From positions 25,732,001 through 25,796,000 of the forward strand of contig CM052818.1 of the NCBI GenBank assembly GCA_028534125.1: 64,000 bases of DNA. Direction: 5' to 3'. The translations under genes were made by a program, and so were the position numbers. The stretch is from Lama glama (taxonomy: Eukaryota). The notes beneath the pieces are model-generated. The model was not told the origin of the DNA, ran no database searches, and worked only from the letters and a program-made list of their open reading frames with translations. The first letter of the stretch is position 1. The number at the start of each line of letters is the position of its first letter. Below are positions 1-12,659 of the stretch, one piece after another.

Positions 1-447
1 AAATGCTATCAGTTGTTGAAGTAAAATATGTATTTATTATTGCAAGAGGAGTATGCTGCAATCATTAATGACTTGTGAAATTTGTTAATCTTACATAAAA
101 AAGTTATTAAGAACTTTACAATAGTTAAATAAATAAATAAATAAATGGACAATTAATACAAATATTGAGTGTATGCCCTAGACATATGTAGGAAGAACAA
201 TAGATTTTGAGCCAATAAATATAAATCCTTATAGAAATAATAACCCAAGTCAGACTAACAGGTACTAGATTATATCATAATTTTAATAACTGTACAATTG
301 TTTGTATACTAGTACAAAACCTTAAATAAAATAATCTTTAAGAACTCTACTTAATTTTTAGTTTTAAAATTCCACTTAGAACATGAATTGTTCAAGAAAC
401 TGTCATTTGGGAAATTCCTTTTTTTAGTGAGGATAAATTAAAAAAAA

Positions 448-750
448 TTTTTTTGAAGTATGATTGGTTTATGATGTGTTAATTTCTGGTGTACATCACA
501 GTGATTCAGTTATACATATATATATTCCTCTTCATATTCTTTTTCATTATAGGCTATTAAAAGGTATTTAATGTAGATTCCTGTGCTATAAAGTGGGACC
601 TTGCTGTTTATCTATTTCATATATAGTAGTTAGTTATCTGCAAATCCCAAACTCCCCAACTTATTCCTCATGCCTCTCTTCCCCCTGCCACACTCCTATA
701 ACCACAAGTTTGTTTCCTATGTCCATAAGTCTGTTTCTGTTTTGTAAATA
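448..750 (-). mobile_element. L1 3'-end fragment (cetartiodactyl-type)
   Basis: T-rich start followed by GAAGTATGATTGGTTTA...TTTCTGGTGTACA...GATTCAGTTATACATATA...CCTGTGCTATA; reverse complement of the same 3' UTR seen at 5700-5840 and 23515-23825. Confidence 0.85.
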
Positions 751-2021
751 GTTTTATGGGAATAAATTTAAAGTTGAATGTCAATTTTGCCATCTCAAAA
801 TTTTACTGAGAGGAAAACTCCAAAATCATGTACATCTATAATAAATCATTTTTTGTTTAGACATAATAAAAAATATAAAATATATGAAGAAAAGAAAAAA
901 GTATAGAGGAAAATTATCTAATCCCCAAATATCTCACTTTTCTACTGACCTCAGGTGAAAACGAATGTCCATTTAGTATCACACATAGGTAGACCACTGA
1001 CTGCAAGAGCAAAATAGCACCTGACAGTGCTCAAAGAATTATTGTTCATGTACTACGATGTAATTATGATGTCATTAGTAAATAATTAAACAGCAATAAA
1101 TACTTTAAGTATAATTTCAGATTTATTTTTGTATCTCAGAAGCCATTATTTGATGTTGATATTTATCTTTGTCCTCAACGAAATATTGATTTCAACTTAT
1201 TGGCCTTATGCCAAAATGTTTATCTGGTGCATCTCAATTACAGTTTAGATGCTATTATTTTTTTATACCTTATGTAATACACTATATACTTTAGTCTTCA
1301 ATTTGATTATTTTGCTCAACTTCATATTTGTCAGATTAGTTTATGTTGTTACATGTAGTTCAAGTTATTCATTTTCACTAGTGCTGTGTAGTTTAGCATG
1401 AATTATATTTACAATTCACTTATCCCTTTTCCTGTTGATGGAAACTTAGTTTGTTGTCAAAGTTTACAATTTACAATTTTGCTATGTGCATTTGCGTACA
1501 TATTGTCTTCTGAGTACTTCTTTAATATTTGTACCTAGAAGTTGTAGTGACATGTTGGACCAAAGGGTGCTTTTTTCCTCATATGTTTTCCTTATAAGTG
1601 CTTATCCATGTCTATGAGCTAAAAATATCACTTTTTGAATGTGGACTCCAGTCTTGTCTTCCAGGCATCAGATTTTATATCGCCATCTGCCTAGCAAATA
1701 TTCTAAGTAGAAATTTGGGTGTGTCACCACCACCGTATGTTTATCCTATCCAAGACAGCTAGCTCACTGTTTCTTCCTAAACTTTCTCAGTACAAAACAC
1801 GTGAGTGTCACAGTTATAAAAACCTTGGGCATGTGAAACTGTTCTTTACAAAAAAATGAGCATCTTCTATTTAAAAATCTATTTCTAATTCAGATGTGTT
1901 TTCCTCTTTTAAACATCTGTATATCCATATACAAACATATACACAAATATGTAGATTTCAAAACCTTGTAAATATGAAATAAATAGAAAGATAGGCTAGC
2001 CTTTCCTGCCTTGCTCTAAAG

Positions 2022-2243
2022 AAAGGGTCAGCAAACTTTTTCTGTAAAGGGCCAGATAGTAAATAGCTCAGACTTTAAGGGCACATGGTATTCTTCACAA
2101 CTACTCATCTCTGCCATTGTAGTTCAAAAGCAACCATCAATAATACCTAAAGAAATAGCTACGTCTATGTTCCCATAAAAACTGATTTGCAAAAATAAGC
2201 AGTGGGCCAGATTTTGTCCATGGGTCATAGTTTGCTGACCCTC
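2022..2243. mobile_element. MER58-like hAT-Charlie DNA transposon (non-autonomous)
   Basis: Terminal inverted repeats GGGTCAGCAAACT (2025-2037) and AGTTTGCTGACCC (2229-2241); internal TCTGTAAAGGGCCAGATAGTAAATA. Confidence 0.88.
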
Positions 2244-2669
2244 TTCTAGAAGATCAACAGTTGTCACTTAATAAATGATTACTTGCTTCCTGGACGATTC
2301 TGCACAGAGTTGTACAAATGAGAAGCAGCTAGGTGACAGTTCTGCACATTAACAGTATAATTTGGTGAGCCTGCCCTTGTGGTTTCTGATTTGAGCATTG
2401 TATTTGAGATCACTCTGTCTCCTCTGCCTGTAATAGCTTCATATATGTGTGTGTGTCTCCCAGTGAGCACTCCCAGTGGACTCACTCTGTACTTCAGCAT
2501 CAGATGCTCTGGAACATTACTACTCTCTAGTCCTCCCTCAGTGTGAATTTTCTGTAAACCGTGTAGCCTCTGTTTTATGTCAGATATTTCTTTGCAAATA
2601 TCACAACTAAATTTAGTGAAAACTGGTCCAGAATCATACATTTATTTATTTAATTAGCTTTGCAATGCT

Positions 2670-3050
2670 AGGTTTTACCACTTACCAGTTGTGTGATTAG
2701 GGCAGATTATGTAATTTTTCTGGGTCTGAGTTTTCATTTGTAAAGTGAGACAATATTTGCTATATAAGGTTTCTGCAGTGATGAAATGAGCTAATGAATA
2801 TAAAGGATCTTGTGGCCAGGCACATAGTATGTGCTTCCTAATAATTATGGTGACAATAATAGCAAAGACTCCTATTGCACTTGCTGTGTGGTGCATTGTT
2901 CATGTGCCCTATGCATGTATTGACTTACATAAAGCTTACAGTAATCCTATACAGTGGTATTATGATCATCTCAATTTTATAGTTGAGAAACTGAGAGAAA
3001 AAGAGGTCACACATCTAGAAAGTGACATAGCCTGGATTTACAATATGAAG
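2670..3050. mobile_element. Two MIR SINE fragments in opposite orientation
   Basis: TTACCAGTTGTGTGATTAGGGCAG...CATTTGTAAAGTGAG core, and TTTTATAGTTGAGAAACTGAG...GGTCACACATCTAG core. Confidence 0.7.
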
Positions 3051-4063
3051 TCAAATATGGAAGGAGCCTTGTAGTATGGAAGGACTTTCAAGAATTTAAC
3101 ACTATTTCAATAATCTCATGAGAGGAGTGACCCTTCCAAACCATTTGCTAAAGACCTACTATTTCACAATTAAATAGTCTGGGAATCCTTTCTGAAATGT
3201 CAGGAAGGAGATCAAGATAATTAAACTGATTGCAGCATCATGAACATATCTAAAAAATGGTATAAGTGAAGTGTTCTTTAAAGAGGAAAGCATGGTGCAC
3301 ATGTAATATGTTTGTATTATCATGTTACTGTAGGAGTACCTTCTTGCCTCTAAAGTGAACAAATACCGGTCTTATAGACAAATTTTCTCCTGCTTCCTCT
3401 CTCTGTGTGTGTACAGCTCAGGAACTATTTAAGAGCAATTTGATGCAGTGGTTGCCATGGCAAATACTTTTCATAAGAACTCAGTAATTATTGGAAGCTG
3501 TTACAATTTCCCATTATTTAGTTCCAGAGTGATTTGAATGTTCTCACTTTCCCCCTTCATTTGAACATTTTATCTATGTCAGAATTTTTTTTAAATTTTC
3601 TCTGCAAAAGACAGCTCATTAAGGACTAAGACACAGCAATTATAGTGAAAATATATGCATTTTTCCCCAAAGAATATGGTCAGTGCAGTGTTATTCTTGT
3701 TTATCTGCAGGACTTAAAGCATCAGACTCTGACCTCACATTGTAGGTTGTTTTACACCAGGCAAGAGATCCTCAACAGCTCAGGAAGAAAAAAATATCTA
3801 ATCATGGAGGCAGTGTTTGTGAATGCTCACATTATAGGTGTGCTCAGTAGCATCATAATGGAATTATACTTCATTCAAACTCTAAAAGACAAAATTTAAA
3901 TGCAGTTTTATAGCAAGGATGAGTTCTGCAGCTGTGGAAACAGAATCCATTGCCAGGTGTCCTGCAGCTTATACTGTTAATTGATACATGCTACCCAAAG
4001 ATACCAAGATAATGAAGTATCTTTAAAAAGAAAAGGACTCAACACATTTAGAACTTAAGTTGA

Positions 4064-4165
4064 GTGGGGAGGGTAATAGATCAGTGGTAGAGGGTGTGCT
4101 TAGCGTGCACGAGGTCCTAGGTTCAACCCCAATACCTCCGCTAAAAAAAAAACAAGCCAAAAAAA
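4064..4165 (+). mobile_element. tRNA-derived SINE (camelid Vic-1 type)
   Basis: GGGGAGGGTA(A)TAGATCAGTGGTAGAG A-box, GGTTCAACCCC B-box, A-rich tail. Confidence 0.85.
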
Positions 4166-5024
4166 CTTGAGTTGATACAAACAGGATTGAGAAACAATGG
4201 GCGGGGGGTACTTTTGTTGTAACCACATACTCATAAAAATAGACAACCCAACAGAGCTAAAAATGTTCAGGTATATCTTAATCACAGTGTGAGAGACTTG
4301 CCATGTATCCTTCTAGAGCAACCTTTGCTTTTGTCCCTCAAAATATAAAACTTCTTATTTTCAAAGACGATATTGTGGAACATCTATTGTGGACTTACTT
4401 GGTTTTTTCTTTCTTTTCTAGGATGCCTAATAATCCTGCCCATTAGTGAGTTACCTGGACATATATTATCTCCCTTTTCTTTCTTTCTTCAGCTTCCCTC
4501 TCTTCCTCTTCTATCCCCCCCTCTCTTTTTTATCTCTTTCTCTTTATTCTTTCTCTTTGCTTCTTATTTTTAGACTATTTCAAGGAAATCAGTGACATGG
4601 TAATAACATAGATATGGGTCATGATGAGTGAGGAAGATTAAAGAAAGAAGAAGGTGTATTTGAGGTCATACGAAAAACTCTGAATTATTCATTCTAAAGT
4701 AATTTCTTTTTGCTTTCTCTTTTATTAGTAATAAGTGATATAATTTTTAAGTCTGCATGATTGTGTATTGGTATCTGGGTGCTTCACATAGGTAATTCTT
4801 ATACCCCTAACTAGCTTCTGAAAAACAGGAACTATTTCCAAACAGAAAGCTTCTTAGTCTTTGACCCTGGCAACTCTCCTCTGAGGCCATCCAGAGTCCA
4901 CTTTTTTACAGTTTGCCTCAAAACTAATCTTCTCCAAGAATCCTTTACCAATGTATCCCTTGTACTGCAATTTCTTCTATTTAAAAAAATTTTTTAAGTG
5001 AGTTAAAAATACAGATAAATATAA

Positions 5025-5890
5025 AACAAACAACCCCCAATCAAAAAATGGGCAGAAGACCTAAACAGTCATTTCTTCAAAGAAGACATACAGATGGCTA
5101 ATAGGCGAATGAAAAGATGCTCAACATCACTAATTGTTAGAGAAATGCAATCAAAACTACAGTATTACTTCGCACCAGTCAAAATGGCCATCATCAAAAA
5201 GTCTACAAATAACAAATGCTGGAGAGGGTGTGGAGAAAAGGGAACCCTCCTGCACTGTTGGTGGAAATGTAAATTGATGCAGACACTATGGAAAACAGTA
5301 TAGAGATTCCTTAAAAAACTAAAAGTAGAGAAGTAGAGTTACCGTATGATCCAGCAATCCCACCCCTGGGCATATATCCGGAGAAAACTCTAACTCAAAA
5401 AGATACATTCACCCTAGTGTTCATAGCAGCACTATATACAATAGCCAAGACATGGAAGCAACCTAAATGTCCATCAACAGATGACTGGATAAAGAAGTTG
5501 TGGTATATTTATACAATGGAATACTACTCAGAGCAACTAATCTACTTATCTTTAGATGGTCATTCTAAGTGAAGTAAGCCAGAGACAGAAAGAAAAATAC
5601 CATAAGATACCACTTATATGTGGAATCCAAAAAATGACACAGGTGAACTTATTTACAAAACAGAAACAGACTCACAGACATAGAAAACAATTTATGGTTA
5701 CCAAAGGGGAAAAGGTGGTGGAGGAGTTTGGGATTAGCAGATACAAACTACTATAGACAAAATAGATAAACAACAAGGACCTACTGTATAGCACAGGGAA
5801 CTATATTCAATATCCTGTAATAAACTATAATGGAAAAGAAAAAATGATCGTATCAATCAATATTATTGATATAGAACAATTAAATATTTT
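5025..5890 (+). mobile_element. L1 ORF2 end plus 3' UTR (5'-truncated)
   Basis: AAATGGGCAGAAGACCTAAACAG...GGAGAAAAGGGAACCCTCC...GATCCAGCAATCCCAC...ACTGTATAGCACAGGGAACTATATTCAA. Confidence 0.95.
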
Positions 5891-8800
5891 TAAATTAAAA
5901 ATACAGAAATAAATATAAAGTAAAAGTTTAAATATAAAGTATAAATATGAAGTACTAAGTTTTCTCACCTCCCAGAATTAAGTGTGGTTAGCATTTTGGC
6001 ATATTTGTTTTTCGACTTAATGCATATTTCTCTGTATGTAATAAATATATATATAATAAATATTCCCTACCCATTCAAGTACCTTTGATCCCCACTCATC
6101 ATCACATCATCTCTCCTCATCTCCTGCAATTATCAACCATGAATTTGCTGTGAATCCTTCAAGTTCATTCATTTTTCATATTTTCCACTATCTTCTTGTT
6201 CTGTATCCTGAATGTTTCTTTTTTTTTTTTTATATGGACTTCCTGGTGGTTGCTCTTGCCTTTAAAACATTTAGTTTTCCCTGCTAGATGGGGGTGAGTC
6301 AGGGAGGCCAGCCCTTGATGACTATGGTCTGTGACTCCCCTCTAGCCACCAGATTTAGTAAAGAGCTTGCCCTCTCCTGAGTAAGTCTTGACTTCTCCCT
6401 ACTACAATTCTGCATCTTGGTCCTTGGTAACAGATTCATGAAAGAGCTCAAATAAATATATGATGTTGCACCTGACAACACCTGTGTCCTGTTTTCTTGG
6501 GCTCAGTGACTCAAGAACTTCAACTTGGCTTTTGATTTTTCTAACTGATCTAGTTTTCCTCTTATTTGGCTCCAAAAGCTGAAGACCAAGCATACAGTCC
6601 ACCTATGTTAAGAGGAAAGATCCTTGTGGCATGGCTTTTATGTGTTAACCACTTAATGGCTTATTTTCTAACCTTTGTTTACCATTTGTCTTAATGTTCT
6701 TCATTTATACATTTTATCCCATAGAGTTTATGCATCCCTCCAAGATGCATCTCATTTTTTAAAGACAGGAGAATAAAACTTTGATAGTTTGCAGTAGTGG
6801 GCAGGAGTTTTCATTGTTTCTGATCCAGGAAAACTCAGCGATCTGATAAGTAGCCTCAAAAGAAAATTTATAATTAGGAGGATTAATTATTTTTTGTATT
6901 GAGATACAATTAGGTGTGGTAGATGTATTCATTTATTATTTTTCTATGGATAATTTGTGAGTCTCCTTTTATAGTTAAATATATTTTGAATGTATTAAAT
7001 GAAACTCTAATGAAATATGATTTGGAGCCATGCTTGAAGGTATCTTTTGCTTCAAAAACCAAAAAATAAAACCTTATATGCCATCTATTTGAACACATTC
7101 CTTCTTCCTTTATTTGAAGGTAGAAATAATGAAGATTCTCTTCCTAGGGCATATTGGGGATCTGGGACTAACCTTAAGTAGTTGGTGTATGTAACCAACC
7201 TGTGTGTGTGGTCAAGGATGCTGGTATGTGTCTCTCTTATGTTTCTGCACCAGCCTCTTATATTCTCTGAGCCACCAATATTAGAGATATGTTCTTTTCG
7301 GTCTTCAGATTTTTTGGTCTTAAGAAATTTTTTTGAAATGTGAATATCCCTTGGAAAGGAAAACCATCTTAATGAAGATTTGTTTTTAAGTTTCTATGTT
7401 TCAAATTTGGTTGGCAAGAAGAGTTTGAGCAAATACAAAACAGGTAAGTTGGAGAGGATACTGCGAAGTTTAACAGCAGGAGCAGAAACTGCTTGTAATT
7501 TTGCTTAGGATGAGCCCCTAGCATAAGTAAGAGTAGCCCTTTTTCACTTCCCCCAGAATTTTAAGACTTTTCTTCCTTCCATTGCTTCTTTCTTTCCTTT
7601 GTCCCCAGATATGAAGTTCAAAAGGTTTTGGTCTATGAGAAAGAATTATTATAAGAATTGACCAAAGAGGGGAAAGTCATTTATGCCACATAGGAAATTT
7701 CCCCTAAAGGAAATTTTCAGTAAAATTTTCCTTCAATGAGTCTCTATATTAGAATTTCTCCCTTCAGAAATTCTTCAAACTGTCCCATAGAAAATCAAAT
7801 TATACAACTTTAAACTGTGGTTTCCCAAGACCATAGTTCCCTAAAATGAGATTATGCATCAGTAGTTGGTGGCACCAGCTTAAATAAATTCTATGAAATT
7901 GTCAGCACTGCTGATAGATTTAGGGCAAAACTTTTGCAAATTTTTTTAAGATAACAAGCAAGTACAGTACGACTTTGATAGATTATTTTCTTATTTTAGC
8001 AAAACCACATTCTGCTTTGAGAAAGGTCAAACTCAGAGCAAGGGTATAGCTTCTTCTTCATTTGTCTTTCATGAACTTGTCACTTGATAGTAGGCATAGT
8101 AAGGACAAAGGGGGAATCTGCTTTATCTAGACACTGTATAATTTCACCTCAATACCTAATCCTCTGGGCCAATCTTTCATGGATTGAGCATGCTTTTATC
8201 CTGAAGATGCTAAATCTTATTACTTTGAAAAGTTATTAACTATTCTGAGATTTTTAACTGAAATAAAACAAAAAACTACAAACCTGTGTCTTCTTTCTAG
8301 GCTTCTGGAAAACTATGTATTCCCAATTCCACCTGCTTCCTACCCTCTACCATGCCTTAACTTTTCTGTCAAACAATGACTTTCCTGGAAGTGCAGAATT
8401 TTTGACGTACTTACTGGTCACACAGTTGAGCCAGATTTTGCCGACTTTTTGTAGTACCGGTTAGATACTACTTTTGAAGAACCAAATAGATGTTTTGGTG
8501 GTGAAGATGTAGAATGGAAGAGTGGCAGTTGGCCAGATTAAACTGCATTCCGCTTAGTCTTCAGGAAAGTTGTAACAAAGTATGGGGCTTCTCTGGAGAC
8601 ATTTATTCTTGGGATACAGTGACCTCATGTTTAAAACATAGCCCAAGATTGTATCAAACCTCAGGACTAAATTAAGCTTGAAAACACTGCATAATAACAG
8701 AATTAAATTTATGAAATGCACTTTCCAAAACTTTAGCAAGTAACTGAAACCTTCATTGTTGCCAAATGATGTAGCCAGTTGTAGAGAGTGAAAAAAAAAA

Positions 8801-8967
8801 AAATCCCATGCTGGGAGGCAAAAGACTTGAGCTGTCATCCAGCTAAGATGAACAATTTAATGTGACCCTGGACTTGTTATTTAAACTCTTTGCTTTAGCT
8901 GTCTCATCTTGGTAGACTGAAGGCCAAAGGCTGGGCCAGATGACCATTATTAAAACTTCTATTAAAA

Positions 8968-9091
8968 TAACGGAAAAGAATCTGAAAATATATGAATATA
9001 TATGTATGGTATACATATAACTGAATTGCTTTGCTGTACACCTGTAACTAACATTGTAAATCAACTATACATTAATAAAAGTAAAATTTAA
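8968..9091 (+). mobile_element. Very short L1 3'-end insertion with a 16-bp target-site duplication
   Basis: TSD AAAACTTCTATTAAAA at 8952-8967 and 9092-9107; body GCTGTACACCTGTAACTAACATTGTAAATCAACTATAC. Confidence 0.9.
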
Positions 9092-9329
9092 AAAACTTCT
9101 ATTAAAAAAGTAATCATGCTTATTATAACAAAACAAAATAAAGCAAGGAATTGAAAAATGTAGAAAAGGATAAAGAGTACAAAGGTAACCTATGTAAACC
9201 ATAGTCCCACTTGCACTGATAGATTAATGTTAACATAATTAATCTTTCCTGTGTAACTGAAATCATTAATATATACAGTTTTGTGTATATATACTGCTTT
9301 TTGAAAGGTAATAGGTCCCAAATATGTTG

Positions 9330-9950
9330 TCCTTCACAAAAGAGGCCAGGGACAAATGGAAAGGCAGACCATGTTCTTGGGTAGAAAGACCTAAAAGCAT
9401 AATGATGATCCCATTAGGGACTGGCAGAATCTATCAAAATTACAAATGGATATGCATTTGGATCCAGCATTCTACTTTGAATAATGATTTCTAGAGAGAG
9501 TATTTAAGAAATATTATTCAATGCAACATTTTTTGGTAATAGCAAAAAATTGGAAGCAACGTAAATGTCAATTAGTACAGGCCTTTTAAAATAATATATG
9601 GATAACTACACTTTGGAATATTATACAGCTATTAAAAAGAAAGAGTAAGTGCTTTTTGTATTGATTTAGAAAGATCTTCAAGACATACTAAATGAAAAAA
9701 ATCGAGTTGCTGGGAAAATATGTACAGTATTTTATTATTTGTGTAAAAAATGTAAGAGGACAAAGAATATATATTTTCTTTCACCAGAAACAATCCTCTG
9801 GAAGGCTAAACAAAAAAATTCTAATATTGATGATCTGTGTTGGGGTTAGGAATAGGAACCAAGTGGATCTGGGACAGAGTGGGAGTGAGATTTTCTACTG
9901 TGTATGTTTTTATACTTTGATGTTTGGAAAATGTGAATATATTATTAGCA
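9330..9950 (+). mobile_element. Old L1M-type fragment
   Basis: Degenerate GATCCAGCATTCTACTT...TAGCAAAAAATTGGAAGCAACGTAAATGTC...GGAATATTATACAGCTATTAAAA. Confidence 0.65.
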
Positions 9951-10724
9951 TTACATTAGAATAGAAATAAGAATGTGATATCCTTTGCTTATTTATATAT
10001 TATTGATTCACCATGAGCAGGACTTTCATTTGCAGTTTAATTTTAACAGTGATACATTGTACTGAACCATGATACATTTCTTCAGTTCTAAGATGCATTT
10101 TTCCTATGTATTAAAATTTATGAAATGAAAAATGAGTAATTTCCCATCTCCAAGTGCTATAAATATGCCATACTTTATTTTGCTATTTTTATTGGACATT
10201 TAGGTTGTTGCCAAAATCACACTGCCCTTGAATCCTGACCCTTGTACCTCCAGGCTGAGTAATCTAAGCAGTGACTTAGCCCAACTCAATTATTTGTGAA
10301 ATGGGGATTGTAACACTACCTATTTTGTATGGTTTAGCACCATATTTGGCACATGGCGTAAGTGTTCAGTAAATATCATTCTTTTTGTAACAGAAATATT
10401 TGTGGATATATAAGAGTTATTTCTATAGAACAGATTCCTGGAAATGGTATTATTTAACCAAAGAGTATAAACACTTCAGGATTCTTAACAGGTATTGGTA
10501 AATTGCTTTTCACAAACTTGCATCAATTATTGGCCTATCAGTAGTATAGTGTCAAAACTAATATGGTATTTTTAACCTTTTTTTTAAATTTGAGAGATAA
10601 TAGTATTCAAATATTAAATGTTAGGGGCTTGTTTTACTACTAGGTTGATGGAAGTTGGTTTTGTTTTGTTTTGCTTACCTTATTTATTTAACTATTTATA
10701 TTTCCTCTTGTTTGAATTTGTCTA

Positions 10725-10888
10725 TTTTTTAATTGAAGTATAGTTGATTTACAATGTTGTCTTAGTTTCTGGTGTACAGCATTGACTCAGTTTCTTATAT
10801 ATATATTCTTTTTTATATTCATTATTATTATAGGCTATTAAGATACTGAATTTAGTTCCCTGTGCTAAACAGTAAGACCTTGTTGTTT
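10725..10888 (-). mobile_element. Short L1 3'-end insertion
   Basis: TTTTTTAATTGAAGTATAGTTGATTTACAATG...CCCTGTGCTAAACAGTAAGACCTTG; flanked by a GAATTTGTCT duplication. Confidence 0.85.
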
Positions 10889-11029
10889 GGAATTTGTCTT
10901 TTCTGGACTTCTGTTCCATTTTCTAACACTATCTTAGTATTTATCTCATTGATTTATATGAACTTTATACAATATTAGATAACTTTAGCTTTATTTTTAT
11001 GCATTTTCAACTTTTTAATATAATAATTT

Positions 11030-12450
11030 AAAAAATGAACTCAGATTACCTTTTAAATTAAAAATGTAAAGATATTCAAACAAAAGAGTATATATAGCAT
11101 ATTTTTACAATGCAAAGAATTGTAAAAGAACACCTCTATACTCTCCACTCAGGTTAAGACATAGAATATTTTTGATGTTGCCCTCTGAAACTCTCCCATC
11201 CCATCCTTCCCAAGCCCTAAGGTTATCAAAGTTTGAATTTTGTTTCTTGCTTTTTAAAATAGTTTTACCAGGTAATACCTAAATAATATATTGCTTGATT
11301 TTGCCTGTTTTCAACTTTTGTATCAATGCAATCATAGTATATACATGCTACTGTAACTTGTTTCAATGCCAGCTCTATTATATATCAGATCTCCACATGC
11401 AAGTCTCTTTCTCACTTATCTAGTCTGTTCTGTTGGCCTATTTGTCTCTGGGTTAATACCATGAAGTCTTTAATATTACAGTTTTATAATTAGTCTTAAT
11501 ATTCACTAGGACGAATCGCTACACCTGTTCTTCAAGTGTCTAGGCTATACTTGGCACTTTGCTCTTTCATCTAAATGCTAGAAGAAAATTGTAAAGTTAA
11601 AAAGAAAACCTGATGGGGTTATGGTTCAGAATTACACTGAATCTGTAAATTACCTTGGGAGAATAGACAACTTTATGATGTCCTATTTATGAAAAAGATA
11701 TGTCTTTCCATTTATATTTGTGGTAGACAGATTTTGCTGTTTGTTGTTTTGATGACTCTTACTATGGTGGTTTGTTTCCCCAAGTGTTTTATGATTTTTG
11801 GTTGTGAGGTCATGTTGCTTGGAACTTTGTGGGAATTCTTTGAAGCCTGGGTTTAAAGTGTGTCCTATCAAAGATACATTTTTTCATACCTGCTAAGTGC
11901 TGGGGAGCATTGACAATTTAGGACCACTTAAGCTAAGTTTTCAGATTGAGGGTTTCAGGTCATATAGGCAATGTCAATACCCACAATTTATGTGAGTACA
12001 CGAGTATCTCAGCACTAAGACTGAAAAAGATCTCCCCTTCACACTGTGTGAGTTTTTTTCTTAGATCATCCATTTAGTGAGTCATCTTTACAGCATTCTA
12101 GCTTTATCTGTGGGCCACTGTTCTGAACTCTCGTCTTGTGAAAACCTCATGCTTTTCTCCTGCTGCCCTCATACTCAAGAGACTTATTAAAGTTCAAGTA
12201 TTAGGTCACCAGGGATCAGCAGATACACCAGGGCAAATACTCATCACTTGCTTCTCTGGTTGTTTCTGCTCTCCGCCACCCAACCCCGCCATTTCCTTTA
12301 TATTTCAGCCAGCTCAATCGCGCATTTGAAAAGCTGCTATGTGTGTGTGTGTGTTTTAATAGCTTATCCAGAATTTTTAGGTGTTCTTTACTGGGAGAGT
12401 TACTCTGGACTCTCCATATTGCTGGGCTACCATATTGCTAAAAATTAAAG
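11030..12450 (-). mobile_element. Ancient L1M fragments
   Basis: Degenerate L1 ORF2 antisense motifs (CTGTTCTGTTGGCCTATTTGTCT, TTGGGAGAATAGACAACTTTATGATG) and L1 5'-region-like sequence. Confidence 0.55.
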
Positions 12451-12659
12451 TTTTTGTCACCTTTTGAATTTTTTTCTAAAATCTCAGCATCTTTTGATGC
12501 CTTAGCTTTTTAAATTATGAGAAATTTTAAATACACAAAAGTGTATAGAATGTTATACTTAATCTCCATCCCAATTACTAAAACATCACAAATACATCGT
12601 TTGCTGTGACTTTTAACAACCTGGAAATCCAGTAGGTATTCAGTTTTTTTCTCTCAGAT

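Noticed and set aside
5094..5756. ORFs [13 protein letters not shown]... and MVILSEVSQRQK...
   Set aside because: Degenerate L1 ORF2 and 3' UTR, not host genes
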